64,000 nucleotides of DNA from Paragordius varius. Its lineage: Eukaryota > Animalia > Nematomorpha. The DNA lies in assembly GCA_964247055.1 (NCBI GenBank), contig OZ176053.1, positions 10,602,001 to 10,666,000 of the forward strand, given 5' to 3'. The translations under genes and the position numbers were made by a program. Below the pieces are notes generated by a model that worked only from the letters and a program-made list of their open reading frames with translations, was not told the origin of the DNA and searched no databases. Positions 63,923 through 64,000 of the stretch are shown in pieces (within the stretch, counting starts at the first letter, position 1; each line of letters starts with the position of its first letter).

Positions 63923-64000
63923 GCTTCGATTCAAATTGGGGTATCCAGTGGGCCCATACTATATTTAAGTTATTTCAAAATACTGAAAGAAACGGTTCAT
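63923..64000 (-). mobile_element. piggyBac-type MITE, partial copy at the window edge
   Basis: cttcgattcaaattggggtatcc...tactgaaagaaacggt matches the family right end in reverse orientation. Confidence 0.65.

Noticed and set aside
1-64000. Prokaryotic origin, CRISPR array, or ciliate-type genetic code (suggested by tiny introns and AT richness)
   Set aside because: Genes are spliceosomal and animal-like. TAA and TGA terminate conserved proteins at expected positions, and no TAA/TAG read-through is needed. The repeats are TE termini, not repeat-spacer arrays.

Overview
Eukaryotic (animal-like), very AT-rich (roughly three-quarters A+T by eye), intron-containing genomic DNA in the standard genetic code. 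I saw no rRNA, tRNA or CRISPR. Hand-splicing gives eight host genes: the 3' end of V-ATPase subunit B (+), TMEM170 (+), a cationic amino-acid transporter of the SLC7A1-4 type (-), D2HGDH (-), STOML2 (-), OGFOD2 (+), an intronless secreted alpha-carbonic anhydrase (+), and the 3' end of a PGP/PDXP-type HAD phosphatase (-). The main discovery is at D2HGDH. One FAD-binding N-terminal half (exons 1-7) can splice in frame to either of two complete, tandem C-terminal substrate-binding halves. The distal half is canonical. The proximal half keeps the metal/catalytic residues but has a remodelled substrate pocket and large insertions. The window also has eleven 21-27 nt spliceosomal micro-introns, clustered at gene 5' ends, and a probable spliced C-terminal extension on V-ATPase B. 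Transposons are dense: a TTAA-targeting piggyBac-type MITE family, hAT and Tc1/mariner MITEs, Chapaev3-like, Harbinger, Gypsy and CR1-like remnants, including a three-layer nested insertion. The organism cannot be identified from sequence alone; a compact-genome parasitic or reduced metazoan is only an inference. All gene models are manual and unverified by transcripts.
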